Of a DNA stretch of 64,000 bases, positions 47,653-58,065 are shown one piece after another. This DNA is from an uncultured Candidatus Saccharibacteria bacterium (GTDB taxonomy: Bacteria; Patescibacteriota; UBA1384; XYA2-FULL-43-10; 1-14-0-10-43-13): positions 834 to 64,833 of the forward strand of contig CAYOQP010000005.1 of assembly GCA_964406145.1 (NCBI GenBank), given 5' to 3'. A program made the translations under genes and the position numbers. How positions within the stretch are numbered: position 1 is the first letter of the stretch; each line of letters begins with the position of its first letter. The notes beneath the pieces are model-generated. The model did no database searches. It saw only the letters and a program-made list of their open reading frames with translations, and had not been told where the DNA came from.

Positions 47653-48789
47653 TCAGAGCCCTGCGTTGGACATGATACGGCGGATTTTGTCCTCGCCGAA
47701 AGGGTGGTCGAACGAACGCCAACCGGCGAGCTTCATGCCGCTTTCTTGCGCGATCAGGCGCAGGTGCTGAAGCCAGTCCAAATTGACATCACCGACCGAG
47801 TAGACGCCCTGGAAGTTGCCCATCAGAGCGATCAGGATCGTCTCGGCCATACAGGCGAAGAGCGTGCCCTTGTCGAAACCGAAGGTAAAGCTCTGCTTCA
47901 TGAAGGGACAGGACACAACACCGCCATCGACGACGAAGATGTCGTCCCGAGCCGAGACAAGCTGAAGAGCAATGTCACGAGGACGAGCAACGTCGACGAC
48001 GACAGTCCCTGGCAGGAGCCAGCGGGGATCAATAGCCAGAGTATCGGCCGAAGATGAGACAGCCAGGATCAGCTTGCTCTGACGGATAGCTCCCCCAAGA
48101 TCAGAGATGATCACTTTAGCATTCGTGTGCTTGTGCAGATCCTGTTTCAGCTCAGCGAGACGAGATGAGGTGTCACCAGCACGACCAACAAGATAGATAG
48201 TGTTGCTCCAATCAAGCTCGGAGGCAAGTAGAAAGGCGGAATTGCGTCCGACTAATCCGGCGGCACCGATCACGGCAACCGAAGCACCTCCGAGCCAGTG
48301 TCCAACGTGCCTAAAAAGCCCCAAAGCCCCAGACACAGCCATGACGCTGGTGAAGCCGTTACCAGAGGTAACCGCAATCTGTTTCCCGTACTCCGAACCA
48401 ATCGTCTTGGCCAGACCATTGATCGCTGTTGCGCCACCAAGGCCAACCACGTTAGCACGTAGTCCGCTGATAGAATGACGAACACTTCCTCGAATGCGAC
48501 GAAGAGCCTCATCCTGATTGTCAAGAATCTCTCGGGCCGACATCGGCACACCGAGATAGATCATCTCAATCTCCCGAATCATTCCTTCAAACGGGAGAAC
48601 AGTAACAAAGCTTCCCATCCTGAGAAGCGGCGGCGGCAATCTCTTGAGAGCTCCCAAGATGACCTTGCCGCTGAAAGGAGCAGTGAATGGATACTTTCGG
48701 ACCACCAAGTCTCTTACATAATTGGGGTCATCTGTATCCGGGTTAACGGTGAAAGCACACCTTGTGATGCTTGCGGGCAAGTCACTCAT
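47653..48789 (-). CDS. NAD(P)-binding oxidoreductase of the acyl-ACP reductase-like/COG5322 family
   Basis: VVGLGG, VTSGNGFT, VAVIGAAGLVG, DVARPRD, DGGVV, FACMAETIL; AAGGAGG SD; promoter TTGACA-17-TACTAT at 48860-48832. Confidence 0.8.
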   Translation of the reverse strand: MSDLPASITRCAFTVNPDTDDPNYVRDLVVRKYPFTAPFSGKVILGALKRLPPPLLRMGSFVTVLPFEGMIREIEMIYLGVPMSAREILDNQDEALRRIRGSVRHSISGLRANVVGLGGATAINGLAKTIGSEYGKQIAVTSGNGFTSVMAVSGALGLFRHVGHWLGGASVAVIGAAGLVGRNSAFLLASELDWSNTIYLVGRAGDTSSRLAELKQDLHKHTNAKVIISDLGGAIRQSKLILAVSSSADTLAIDPRWLLPGTVVVDVARPRDIALQLVSARDDIFVVDGGVVSCPFMKQSFTFGFDKGTLFACMAETILIALMGNFQGVYSVGDVNLDWLQHLRLIAQESGMKLAGWRSFDHPFGEDKIRRIMSNAGL

Positions 48790-48894
48790 GTGGCAACCCT
48801 CCTTACAGAATATCGCTTGAGGCGACACCTGATAGTACAATCTTATTACATATTTGTCAATAAATATATTCGTATTTAATTCTTTCTTAAACCA

Positions 48895-48923
48895 TTGACA
48901 ATAGAGACAAAAATTGCTACAAT
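48895..48923 (+). promoter_or_regulatory. Consensus sigma70 promoter
   Basis: TTGACA-17 bp-TACAAT with extended -10 TG. Confidence 0.8.
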
Positions 48924-49011
48924 TTCATCTTGGAAAATTTGCAACTGTCGATCTGACGGTTTTTTTATTTGCCGCCAGATCAAACTGTTACAAGAGGAGT
49001 AACTAACGCCC

Positions 49012-49338
49012 ATGGTCATGCTAAATCAAGCAACCACCCCACCAGTCAGTACCAGCAGCATAAGTCATAGCAATCACAGCTTTGACCTGCGGGTGTTGCA
49101 AGTTAGAGAAACCCAGTGGCGCACCAGATTGGGCGCCGCCCTCGATATCATCGAGGAGGGCGACCTCGAATTGGTCAGTAAATACATCATCCCGATGTTG
49201 TCTGACCGCTCGAAAGTCGTCCGTCAAAAAGTCCATCGCGAGATGGTCTCACTGTTCGGAACCTATTTCCCCCCCTTCATCTCCTTCGCCCGGCGGGAAA
49301 TGTTCTGGATGAAAGAAAAAGAGCGAGAGCTCTTATAA
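49012..49338 (+). CDS. Hypothetical protein, possible HEAT-like repeat
   Basis: Own promoter, leader hairpin (48950-48981), AGGAG SD; IPMLSDRSKVVR resembles a HEAT motif. Confidence 0.65.
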   Translation: MVMLNQATTPPVSTSSISHSNHSFDLRVLQVRETQWRTRLGAALDIIEEGDLELVSKYIIPMLSDRSKVVRQKVHREMVSLFGTYFPPFISFARREMFWMKEKERELL

Positions 49339-49451
49339 ATGCGTGCCCTTCGGGGCCGCATACTACCGAAGACAGACGGCCAGCTGGCCGTCCTGAATCA
49401 TTTAAACCACAAAAACTCGTTTTTCAAGATAAAATTTGCTAAGATAGCCTC

Positions 49452-50537
49452 ATGAATTTAAAGATCGGCATCGTCGGCCTGCCTAATGTCGGCAAATCAA
49501 CCTTATTTAACGCCCTAATCAAAGGCTCTCACGCAGAGGCGGCTAATTATCCCTTCTGCACGATCGAGCCCAATGTTGGCATTGTCGAGGTCCCCGACGA
49601 AAGACTCAAGCCCCTCTCGGATATTTCAAAATCAGCCAAAATTATTCCGGCTATGATTGAGCTTGTCGATATCGCTGGCTTGGTCCGTGGCGCCTCACAA
49701 GGCCAAGGACTTGGCAATAAATTTCTCTCTCACATTCGAGAATGTGATGCTGTCGCTATGGTTGTCCGATTTTTTAATGATTCGAATGTTACTCACGTTG
49801 AAGGCAAGATTAATCCACTTGATGACATTTCAATCATTGAAACCGAACTCCAGCTCGCCGACATTGCTACAGTCGACAAAAGACTCTTTTCGCTTGAGAA
49901 AGAATTGAAATCTGGAAGCAAAGAATCAAAAATTGCTCATGATGGCCTACAGAAGATTAAAGACAAGCTCTATGCAGGACACAATGCTAGAGAAGCAGAG
50001 CTCGACGAAAAAGAAACTGGGCTTTTGAAGGGCTTAGGATTAATGACCCAGAAACCGATTTTGTATATTGCCAATGTTGACGAGAATCAACTCTCCGATG
50101 GATCATGGAAAGAGCTAGTCCCTGAGAACAAAAAGTCGTTTTTTGTGCCTATTTCGGCCAAACTTGAAGCCGAATTAAACGAACTAACTGGCGAAGAAAA
50201 GACCGAATACCTCGAAACTCTAGGGATGGACGACACTGGGCTTAATTTATTAATCAAAAAAGCTTACTCCACTCTCGGATTGGCGACATATTTCACCTCC
50301 GGGGAAAAAGAAACACGGGCTTGGACAATTGAAAATGGTTTCACCGGACCACAAGCCGCCGGTGTGATTCACACTGATTTCGAAAAAGGTTTTATCGCCG
50401 CTGAGGTCGTTCCTTGGGCCGATTTCTACGCTCAAGGTGGCTGGAGTGGCGCCAAAACACATGGTCTGGTCAAGACTGAGGGCAAAACCTATATCGTCAA
50501 AGACGGCGATGTTATAATCTTCCGCTTTAACGTTTGA
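49452..50537 (+). CDS. ychF: Ribosome-binding ATPase YchF
   Basis: [42 protein letters not shown]. Confidence 0.98.
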   Translation: MNLKIGIVGLPNVGKSTLFNALIKGSHAEAANYPFCTIEPNVGIVEVPDERLKPLSDISKSAKIIPAMIELVDIAGLVRGASQGQGLGNKFLSHIRECDAVAMVVRFFNDSNVTHVEGKINPLDDISIIETELQLADIATVDKRLFSLEKELKSGSKESKIAHDGLQKIKDKLYAGHNAREAELDEKETGLLKGLGLMTQKPILYIANVDENQLSDGSWKELVPENKKSFFVPISAKLEAELNELTGEEKTEYLETLGMDDTGLNLLIKKAYSTLGLATYFTSGEKETRAWTIENGFTGPQAAGVIHTDFEKGFIAAEVVPWADFYAQGGWSGAKTHGLVKTEGKTYIVKDGDVIIFRFNV

Positions 50538-50673
50538 CGATTGCATAATTTTGTGCTATTATCGAGCCACAATTAATTAATAACTTTTCTCCCTACTTGT
50601 TGGGGAGACCAAGTGTCCGGTCTCAAACGGACTTGGCAGAAATGCGACAAAACTTGGGCCAGAAAGGAGCCAA
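50534..50673 (+). promoter_or_regulatory. rpsF promoter and structured leader
   Basis: TTGACG-17-TATTAT with TG; hairpins TCTCCC..GGGAGA and GTCCG..CGGAC; alternative pairing GAGACC/GGTCTC. Confidence 0.6.
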
Positions 50674-51339
50674 TTGAGAAAGTACGAATTAACGTACCTT
50701 ATTTCTGATCAGGTACCAGAAAACGATTTAAACAAAGTTACCGGCAAGGTAGCAGGTTTTATTGATGACTTGGGCGGAAAAGTCACCAAGGAAGACATTT
50801 GGGGACGCAGAAAGCTTGTTTATCCTATCAAGAAACAGGATTTTGCAACTTATGTTACGATCTACTTCAATTTGGGAGCCGATAAGGTCTTCGAATTCGA
50901 AAGAGATTTACGTTTGACAAATACAATCATGCGACATCTCTTGATTGTTAAGGACATGGGCGACGAAGATATGTCTCTAACGGCTGAAGAAATTGCTGAA
51001 ACAGCCGAGATCGAAGAAGTTATCGGTGGAGAAAAATCCTTCGAAATGGTTGAGGGTGAAACCGAAGAAAGCAAAGATCTCATGGCTGTCAGAGAAGAGA
51101 AAAATGAAGAGCCGGCTGTCGAAGAAGAAACAAAAGAGGAAATTGTCGAGGAAAAAGTTGAAGAACCGGTTGTAGAAGAGGTCAAAGAAGTTAAAAAAGC
51201 TAAGAAAGTTGTCAAAGAAAAGGCCGCTCCCGCAGAAAAAGTTAAGCCTATCAAAAAAGCTGAGAAAAAAGAGGATGAAGCCGAAAGACTTTCTAAATTA
51301 AACGACGAACTTGACGATATCTTGAAAGACGAGCTTTAA
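50674..51339 (+). CDS. rpsF: 30S ribosomal protein S6 with long acidic C-terminal extension
   Basis: KYELTYL, WGRRKLVYPIKK, IMRHL; rpsF-ssb-rpsR order. Confidence 0.95.
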   Translation: MRKYELTYLISDQVPENDLNKVTGKVAGFIDDLGGKVTKEDIWGRRKLVYPIKKQDFATYVTIYFNLGADKVFEFERDLRLTNTIMRHLLIVKDMGDEDMSLTAEEIAETAEIEEVIGGEKSFEMVEGETEESKDLMAVREEKNEEPAVEEETKEEIVEEKVEEPVVEEVKEVKKAKKVVKEKAAPAEKVKPIKKAEKKEDEAERLSKLNDELDDILKDEL

Positions 51340-51412
51340 AGCCGACTCCTCTATCTAGATTGTGGTGTATAATGCAATTGAAGATAGATTAAGACAATAA
51401 AGAAGGAGACAA

Positions 51413-51847
51413 ATGTTAAATTTAAATCGAGCACAAGTTCTGGGAAATATGACCAAAGATCCAGATATGCGCTTTACTCCTAACGGACAGGCTGTTGCTA
51501 ATTTCACAGTTGCCACAAATCGAAAATGGAAAAACCAAGATGGCACTGACGGAGACTCTACCGAGTACCATGATATCGTTGTTTGGGGTAAACAGGCTGA
51601 AAATGTAACTCCGATGTTGCAAAAAGGCGCACCAGTTTTCGTCGAAGGCAGACTTCAGACCAGAAGCTGGGATGGACAAGACGGCGTCAAAAGATACAAG
51701 ACAGAGATAATCGCCGAAAATGTCATCGCGCTTGGCTTAAAGGGCAAACCGATGTCTAGCAAGGCAGAAAATCCAATCGCTGAAATTACAAAGTCCGAGA
51801 AAAAGAAAGATGAAGAAGAAATAGATATTGAAGAAATACCATTTTAA
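51413..51847 (+). CDS. ssb: Single-stranded DNA-binding protein
   Basis: LNRAQVLGNMTKDP, VEGRLQTRSW, EIPF tail. Confidence 0.98.
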   Translation: MLNLNRAQVLGNMTKDPDMRFTPNGQAVANFTVATNRKWKNQDGTDGDSTEYHDIVVWGKQAENVTPMLQKGAPVFVEGRLQTRSWDGQDGVKRYKTEIIAENVIALGLKGKPMSSKAENPIAEITKSEKKKDEEEIDIEEIPF

Positions 51848-51859
51848 ACTAAGGAAAAT

Positions 51860-52078
51860 ATGTCAAAAAGAAGCAAATGCTTAATTTGTAAAGCAAGAAC
51901 AGAAGAAAAAGTTGAAGTTGATTATAAAGACGTGGCTACGCTTAGTCGCTATCTTGATCGTTGGAGTAAAATTTCTCCAGCTAGCCGCAATAACAATTGC
52001 GCCAGACATCAACGTCAGATTGTAACCGCAATCAAAAGAGCAAGATTTCTCGCCCTTTTGCCATTTATCAATAGATAA
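51860..52078 (+). CDS. rpsR: 30S ribosomal protein S18
   Basis: VDYKD, CARHQR, AIKRARFLALLPF. Confidence 0.95.
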   Translation: MSKRSKCLICKARTEEKVEVDYKDVATLSRYLDRWSKISPASRNNNCARHQRQIVTAIKRARFLALLPFINR

Positions 52079-52126
52079 GATTTTTAAGTTTATTTTCAAA
52101 CTTTTGACTCTATTTGAAGGAGCTTA

Positions 52127-52684
52127 ATGTTATCAATCACAGATCTCAAAATGGGCACAAAGATCACTCTTGATGGTGATCCCTACATAGTAGTTTCATA
52201 TTCACACTCGAAAATGGGGCGTGGTGGAGCTGTCGTTAAGACTAAATTGAAAAATTTAAGATCAGGTTCGACAATTGATAAAACCTTTCAAGGCGCAGAC
52301 CGAGTCGATGAAGCAAACTTGAGCAAGAAAACAGCAATGTATCTCTACTCTGATGCCGAAAATGCATATTTTATGGATAATGATAATTTTGATCAGTTTT
52401 CCATCCCAGTTTCAAAAATTGGTGATCAGAAGCAATATCTCGTTGAAAACTCAAATATCGATATTCTTTACTTTGGCAACGAAGCCCTAAATATCGAATT
52501 GCCAATCAAAATGACATTTAAAGTCATTTCTGCACCTCCGGCTGTGAAGGGCAATACTGCTAGCGCTGTAACTAAAAAAGTTACCATTGAAACAGGCAGT
52601 ATGGTAGACGCGCCAGTCTTTATCAAAGAAAACGATAGTATTGTTGTCGACACCAGAGATGGATCATACGTCGAAAGAGCCTAG
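52127..52684 (+). CDS. efp: Elongation factor P
   Basis: KMGRGGA, KGNTA, VDTRDGSYVERA. Confidence 0.97.
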   Translation: MLSITDLKMGTKITLDGDPYIVVSYSHSKMGRGGAVVKTKLKNLRSGSTIDKTFQGADRVDEANLSKKTAMYLYSDAENAYFMDNDNFDQFSIPVSKIGDQKQYLVENSNIDILYFGNEALNIELPIKMTFKVISAPPAVKGNTASAVTKKVTIETGSMVDAPVFIKENDSIVVDTRDGSYVERA

Positions 52685-52750
52685 AGCCAAAATTTGATAA
52701 CTATAGTTATTCCAAGTAAAATTGAGCCAGATATTATCTGGCTCAATTTT

Positions 52751-53266
52751 ATGATGGCATTATATTCAAAACTAATTGGAACACCAGTAGCTGAGCTCAA
52801 AAATCAGAGCAAAGTCGGCGAGATTGCTGATTTTATTGTTAATAACGAAGATATAACCATAGCTGGAGCAATCGTCAAAAAAGAAAATTGGCTTTTTTCA
52901 AAAAATAAAGTGGCCAGTTCTACTGATATTGTTTCGTTGCTTAAAAAAGGCATGATTGTCAACGATGAAAATGCAATCACCGAACTTTCGGAAATTTCAA
53001 AACTTGACACTCTCTATAAGAAAAAAAATTACGGAATTGCTCAGAAAGTGGTCACAAAATCGGGTCAGTATGTCGGCCATGTCTTCGATTATCTTATCGA
53101 CACCTCAACGCTATCGATTAGAAAGTTCTATATCAAAAGGCTATTTAAGGAATTATTGATTCCTGCGAATTCTATTGTCTCATTTGAAGGCAAAACCATT
53201 ACAATAAAGGAAGACAAAGGATTTTTATTTCAGCAAGAGGCATTCGAAACTGTAACATCTAATTAG
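52751..53266 (+). CDS. PRC-barrel domain protein
   Basis: Two repeats, LIGTPV..VGEIADF and VVTKSGQYVGHVFDY; start uncertain. Confidence 0.8.
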   Translation: MMALYSKLIGTPVAELKNQSKVGEIADFIVNNEDITIAGAIVKKENWLFSKNKVASSTDIVSLLKKGMIVNDENAITELSEISKLDTLYKKKNYGIAQKVVTKSGQYVGHVFDYLIDTSTLSIRKFYIKRLFKELLIPANSIVSFEGKTITIKEDKGFLFQQEAFETVTSN

Positions 53267-53295
53267 AAAAACCCTCCACTAAGGAGGGTTTTTCT
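53265..53295. terminator. Bidirectional terminator
   Basis: AGAAAAACCCTCC-ACTAA-GGAGGGTTTTTCT. Confidence 0.85.
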
Positions 53296-53314
53296 CTTAT
53301 ATTCGGACTAAAAA

Positions 53315-54952
<1,638 letters not shown>

Positions 54953-54964
54953 TCAATTATTAGA

Positions 54965-55243
54965 TTAGAGAATACCCAAGATATCTTCTTCATGCATTAT
55001 TTTGTATTCCTTGCCATCAATTTTGATTTCGTCACCCGAGTACTTCGAATAAAGAACTTTATCGTCAATCTTGACTGAGAATTCATACTTTTTGCCGTCT
55101 TTCATTTTGCCATTTCCTAGGGCAACAATCTTACCCTGAGCTGGTGCTTCTTTGGCGGTGTCAGGAATGAAAATACCACTTTTAGTCTTCTCCTCTGCGG
55201 CTAGAGGTGAAATTAAAACCCTGTTTGACAAAGGTTTAAACAT
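54965..55243 (-). CDS. groS: Co-chaperonin GroES
   Basis: [28 protein letters not shown]. Confidence 0.98.
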   Translation of the reverse strand: MFKPLSNRVLISPLAAEEKTKSGIFIPDTAKEAPAQGKIVALGNGKMKDGKKYEFSVKIDDKVLYSKYSGDEIKIDGKEYKIMHEEDILGIL

Positions 55244-55310
55244 AATAATCTCCTTTTTCTTGCCATCTATTACTGAAGAGACAAGTTTCTTATTAATTAA
55301 TACACGAGTA

Positions 55311-55340
55311 ATTGTAAAGTAAACTTTACATTTTTGTCAA
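55311..55340 (-). promoter_or_regulatory. groESL promoter with overlapping palindrome
   Basis: TTGACA-18 bp-TACAAT; TGTAAAGT-AA-ACTTTACA at 55313-55330. Confidence 0.7.
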
Positions 55341-55445
55341 GACTGCTTTTGCTCAATTTTGAGAACAAAAAACGGCAACAATCCAAGGGGGAAAGATCGT
55401 TGCCGCACATTCAATATATCTAATTTCAAGCACTAAAGTCAAGCT

Positions 55446-55478
55446 AAAAAACGATTGCCGGAGTCAGAAGACTCCGGC
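55446..55478 (-). terminator. Terminator of the zinc-finger gene pair
   Basis: GCCGGAGTC-4 nt-GACTCCGGC then T run on minus; a second terminator-like hairpin at 55373-55405. Confidence 0.7.
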
Positions 55479-55525
55479 GGACATGGACATTACTACTTGT
55501 ATACTTCAGCGCGAGTCTCAAGGAC

Positions 55526-55831
55526 TCACGCGACTCTTCTCGCTTTAATCTGTAGAGCCACCTCTTCTCCGTAAAGAATGACTTGGCAACTCGGACAGAT
55601 CGTCGTTGTCTCGCACTCCTCTTCGGGCATGCTAGACGTCGCTTGGAATTCACCAAGCTTGGCGCGACAATGGCCACAACGCAACTCCATCGTCACAATT
55701 CGAGGAATGCGACTTCGGAGCCCTTCGTCAATGGTTTTGAAGCATTGACCACAAAGACTGTTGGAACCACGGTCGAGGCCGATCAGGGCACCACAGTTGA
55801 CACAATTGTCCAATGCGATAGATTCGCTCAT
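55526..55831 (-). CDS. Cys-rich zinc-finger protein
   Basis: AGGAGG SD before ATG 55831; CVNC, CGQC, CGHC, CPSC. Confidence 0.7.
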   Translation of the reverse strand: MSESIALDNCVNCGALIGLDRGSNSLCGQCFKTIDEGLRSRIPRIVTMELRCGHCRAKLGEFQATSSMPEEECETTTICPSCQVILYGEEVALQIKARRVA

Positions 55832-55844
55832 TCGACTTCTCCTC

Positions 55845-56120
55845 CTAGACGTCATGCACCAGCAGACGCTCTCCACTCCTTGCGAGAACCATAAGGACAT
55901 CCTCGTTGGAACATCCTGTCGGAGAAAGCAAGGCAAATTTCAGACGAACAGCGTACTCATCGGGCAAATAGACTTGGTACCTATGATCATTACCACAATC
56001 ACAAACAACGGAAAGACCGCTTGAAAGCATACGCTTACAAGACGGACAGACATCGTCCACTGTTTCGAAAGTTGCTGTAAATGCAAGCCGACAAAGCCGA
56101 CATCCACAGAGAACCTTCAT
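55845..56120 (-). CDS. Cys-rich zinc-finger protein
   Basis: AGGAGGT SD; CRLC, CPSC, CDC, CSN. Confidence 0.7.
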   Translation of the reverse strand: MKVLCGCRLCRLAFTATFETVDDVCPSCKRMLSSGLSVVCDCGNDHRYQVYLPDEYAVRLKFALLSPTGCSNEDVLMVLARSGERLLVHDV

Positions 56121-56236
56121 CCAGATACCTCCTGATTTTACTTATTACAACTTTTAATTGTTTCTGTCAAGTTTATTGCTTTGGCTTTTGATTATTAAAT
56201 CTAGGACTCTTTTTGAGCCTTGGGGATAAAAAATAT

Positions 56237-56265
56237 TTGCAATTTTTTACATTTTTTACTATGAT
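56237..56265 (+). promoter_or_regulatory. pyrG promoter
   Basis: TTGCAA-17 bp-TATGAT. Confidence 0.6.
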
Positions 56266-56413
56266 CTACTTAACAAAATCATAGTATCCTCAAAAAAAAC
56301 TCCACAAAAAATCCATCAGGAGTTTTTTGCTTGTTTGATTGCTCGAAAGCTGATAAGCAAGTACGTATTGAGACTAGTACCTATTAGCTTATCAACTTAC
56401 ATGCTGGAGTAAT

Positions 56414-58060
56414 ATGGCGTCTAGAAAGTTCATTTTCGTTGTTGGTGGTGTAATGTCTGGAGTCGGCAAGGGTGTTGCCGCCGCTTCTATCGGAGCAATT
56501 TTGAAGTCAAAAGGATTCAAGATTACTGCAATGAAAGCTGACCCATACATCAACGTCGACGCAGGAACGATGAATCCAACTGAGCATGGTGAAGTTTACG
56601 TTACTAAAGATGGCGATGAATGTGATCAAGACATGGGAAACTATGAAAGATTTCTCAATGAGGATCTCACCCGAACTAACTATATGACAACTGGCCGAAT
56701 CTATCAGTCGGTCATTAACAGAGAACGCAATCTTGAATATGGTGGCAAATGCGTTCAGGTTGTTCCGCACGTACCGGAAGAAATTATTAGAAGAATTAAA
56801 ACTGCCGCTCGCAAGGAAAAAGCTGAGATAACTTTAGTTGAGATAGGCGGCACAGTTGGCGAATATGAAAACCTCCTATTTCTTGAAGCCGCCAGAATGA
56901 TGAAACTTGATACGCCCAAGGATGTTATTATTGTTGTTGTCTCTTATTTGCCAATTCCGTCTAAAATCGGAGAAATGAAGACAAAGCCGACTCAACACGC
57001 CATTCGCGAACTCAACGCTTGTGGTCTACAGGCTGACTTCATTCTCTGTCGAAGCGAATATCCGATTGACGAAAAGAGACGTGAGAAGTTGGCAACATTC
57101 TGCTCAATAGAGCCAAGTAACGCCGTTTCAGCTCCGGATGTAGACTCTATTTATGAAATTCCTGTTAATTTTGAAAATGAAAAACTCGGCGAAAAAGTTC
57201 TAAAAAGATTACATCTAAAGCCGAGACAAAAGGATCTCGTCGAGTGGCGTGGTTTCGTTGAAAAGTCAAAAAATGCCAAGAAAGTTGTCAAAATAGGAAT
57301 CGTCGGCAAGTATTTCGAGACCGGCCAATTTGTTTTATCTGATTCCTACATATCGGTAATCGAGTCAGTCAAAATCGCGGCCTGGCATCAGGGATATAGA
57401 CCAGAAATGGTTTGGCTATCCTCAACTGAATATGAAAACGATCCTAATAAATTAAAGGAACTGAATAATCTCGATGGTATTATCGTTCCTGGTGGGTTCG
57501 GATCACGTGGAATCGAAGGTAAAGTTGCCGTAGCCAAATACTGTCGCGAACACAAAATCCCCTACTTTGGTCTCTGTTATGGTATGCAAATCGAAACAAT
57601 CGAGTTTGCCCGCAACGTCTGTGGATTAAAGGGTGCTCACACAGAAGAAATAGATCCCAAAACTCCTCATCCAGTCATACATATTATGCCTGATCAAAAA
57701 GAAAAACTTAGGAAGAAAGATTATGGTGGATCGATGAGACTTGGAGAGTATGCCTGCGAGCTTCAAAAAGACTCTATCTCATACGAGGCATACAAAAAAT
57801 ATGGAATTCCGGCAGGTGAATTTCCAGTTATCATGGAACGACACCGACACAGATATGAACTTAATAATGATTATAAAGATAAGCTCGAGAAAGCAGGATT
57901 AAGAATCGGCGGCATCAATCCTGAAAGAAATCTTGTCGAGATAGTTGAAGTTAAAAATCATCCATTTATGGTTGGAGTCCAATTTCATCCAGAGTTTGAT
58001 TCTCGTCCCCTACGACCTCAAGCGCTCTTCATGGCCTTTATAAAAGCCGCAAGTAAATAG
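56414..58060 (+). CDS. pyrG: CTP synthase
   Basis: GGVMSGVGKG, DPYINVDAGTMNP, KTKPTQH, GLCYGMQ, QFHPEF. Confidence 0.98.
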   Translation: MASRKFIFVVGGVMSGVGKGVAAASIGAILKSKGFKITAMKADPYINVDAGTMNPTEHGEVYVTKDGDECDQDMGNYERFLNEDLTRTNYMTTGRIYQSVINRERNLEYGGKCVQVVPHVPEEIIRRIKTAARKEKAEITLVEIGGTVGEYENLLFLEAARMMKLDTPKDVIIVVVSYLPIPSKIGEMKTKPTQHAIRELNACGLQADFILCRSEYPIDEKRREKLATFCSIEPSNAVSAPDVDSIYEIPVNFENEKLGEKVLKRLHLKPRQKDLVEWRGFVEKSKNAKKVVKIGIVGKYFETGQFVLSDSYISVIESVKIAAWHQGYRPEMVWLSSTEYENDPNKLKELNNLDGIIVPGGFGSRGIEGKVAVAKYCREHKIPYFGLCYGMQIETIEFARNVCGLKGAHTEEIDPKTPHPVIHIMPDQKEKLRKKDYGGSMRLGEYACELQKDSISYEAYKKYGIPAGEFPVIMERHRHRYELNNDYKDKLEKAGLRIGGINPERNLVEIVEVKNHPFMVGVQFHPEFDSRPLRPQALFMAFIKAASK

Positions 58061-58065
58061 ATTTT

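Noticed and set aside
52127-52684. EF-P with Arg at the loop tip (GRGG) as evidence of rhamnosylation
   Set aside because: No earP gene is in the window, and an Arg tip alone does not establish the modification.
55444-55677. 77-aa minus ORF overlapping the zinc-finger gene
   Set aside because: Overlaps a better-supported frame and runs through its terminator.
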